Assembly: GCF_023229025.1 (NCBI RefSeq) | Contig: NZ_JALOAA010000019.1 | Coordinates: forward strand, 10,736 to 34,735 | Length of the DNA stretch: 24,000 nt | Direction of reading: 5' to 3' | Source: Sulfurimonas sp. | Lineage (GTDB): Bacteria; Campylobacterota; Campylobacteria; Campylobacterales; Sulfurimonadaceae | Shown: piece by piece, positions 23,251 to 24,000 of the stretch | Position numbering within the stretch: the stretch's first letter is position 1 | Layout of the letters: every line of letters starts with the position of its first letter | Translations under genes and position numbers: made by a program | The notes under the pieces: generated by a model | Told to the model about the DNA's origin: nothing | What the model saw: only the letters and a program-made list of their open reading frames with translations | The model's database searches: none

Positions 23251-23652
23251 ATTTTGTATACTCTTATCATTAAAATTTATTTCTTTTTATTTTAGCGAAA
23301 CTTGATGACATTTGACTTTATTTACTAAGCATTTAAGATTTGAGTATAAAGTTCTCTTATGGGTGATAAAAAATATCTTGCATTGGAACCGTAAGATAAA
23401 ATGCAAGAGGTTACTAACATTTACACATAGTGACCTGAAATAGATAATGGGCTTTTAATTCTTTAGCTTGTTACACAAGTTGAGTATTATAGTCAAGTAG
23501 TGTAGCTAAGTACTTTTAGCATTTAGCGAATAGATGTTGCGCAACAGAACTGAATAAACGATTAATGTTGATTTAGACGAAATGAAATAAATGCATAATC
23601 AGTTAATAATAATTGATTCATAAACAATAGAAGAGACAACTAGCACTTTTAA

Positions 23653-24000
23653 GTGTTTATAAACAAGCAAATAGGCCATTTGAATGTTTTGCGACCAAAA
23701 AGTGACTCTCAAATTTGGACTTTTCTCTTTATGAGAAAACTCTCTAGTCACATCGTAGATTTTTTTCAAGTTATAACGAAATATTTGGTGAGACCTCAGA
23801 TAATTGAGATTTCGAACAAAAGACTTTTAACGAGACAAGAGTTTGCAGTTTTTTTTGGTAGATCCACTGGCTGGGTTTATACAAACGTAGAAAAAGGAGG
23901 TACTTTGGTAAAAGGAGTACATGTTTTTGAATTCTGCGGTGTGACACTCTATGATAGAGAACAAATAGAAACTGATATAATATCAGGCTTAATTAAGTAA
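23653..24000 (+). CDS. HTH_17/excisionase-like DNA-binding protein (start uncertain)
   Basis: The track ORF is 115 aa from a GTG at 23653. An in-frame ATG at 23731 would give 89 aa. The C-terminal part LLTRQEFAVFFGRSTGWVYTNVEKGG...LYDREQIE fits the Xis/AlpA-type HTH. The stop codon occupies the last 3 nt of the window. Confidence 0.5.
   Translation: MFINKQIGHLNVLRPKSDSQIWTFLFMRKLSSHIVDFFQVITKYLVRPQIIEISNKRLLTRQEFAVFFGRSTGWVYTNVEKGGTLVKGVHVFEFCGVTLYDREQIETDIISGLIK

Noticed and set aside
14697-23520. Shared short words (TGTAGCTA / GTAGCTA at about 14700, 14772 and 23512), considered as possible att-like direct repeats flanking the hsd cassette.
   Set aside because: Only 7-8 bp are shared, which is within chance expectation for a 24-kb AT-rich window. 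No extended flanking identity was found.
1-24000. A search for tRNA, rRNA and tmRNA genes and for integrase or transposase genes and terminal inverted repeats of IS elements.
   Set aside because: I saw no T-loop/acceptor-like GTTCGAATC-type sequences or rRNA-like conserved blocks. The only recombinase is the small serine recombinase, and no IS-type terminal inverted repeats were recognised by eye. A proper covariance-model scan would be needed to exclude small RNAs.

Overview
This is an AT-rich, gene-dense accessory region, mostly coded on the minus strand, that reads as a mosaic defence / mobile-element island. I saw no rRNA, tRNA or CRISPR array. All family assignments come from motif recognition by eye, since no database search was possible. 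From left to right the window contains the following. (1) A partial Zn-ribbon ORF and a 69-aa Zn-ribbon ORF. (2) A higB-higA toxin-antitoxin pair, divergent from a small serine recombinase. (3) Two large orphan genes: a 489-aa protein with a HEPN-like R-x4-H motif, and a 609-aa protein with an internal J domain flanked by beta-rich repeats. (4) A 684-bp non-coding gap. (5) A secreted Sel1-repeat protein with an 80-aa upstream partner, divergent from an XRE regulator across a 16-bp perfect palindrome. (6) A minus-strand operon (8332-10935) encoding four paralogous small membrane-anchored two-cysteine proteins, tiny TM peptides, a 142-aa orphan and a NYN/LabA-like protein. (7) A Fic protein that carries its own inhibitory motif, with a convergent small HTH gene. 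(8) A consensus sigma70-type promoter driving a 37-aa hydrophobic mini-ORF and a truncated YafY/WYL-type HTH gene, which abuts a decayed DUF45/YgjP metallopeptidase relic. (9) A 289-aa orphan and an HTH_17/excisionase-like gene, separated by an iteron-like repeat field. (10) A complete type I R-M operon (14886-23250) carrying three translationally coupled passenger genes between hsdS and hsdR: a SieB-like 2-TM protein, a SMODS-type nucleotidyltransferase with an AGS-C-like C-terminal domain, and a SLATT-like membrane effector. My top candidate for the interesting system is that nucleotide-signalling/membrane module embedded in the R-M operon. The next candidates are the two-Cys membrane-protein/NYN operon, the J-domain plus HEPN-like pair, and an in-frame twin-hairpin insertion in hsdM.
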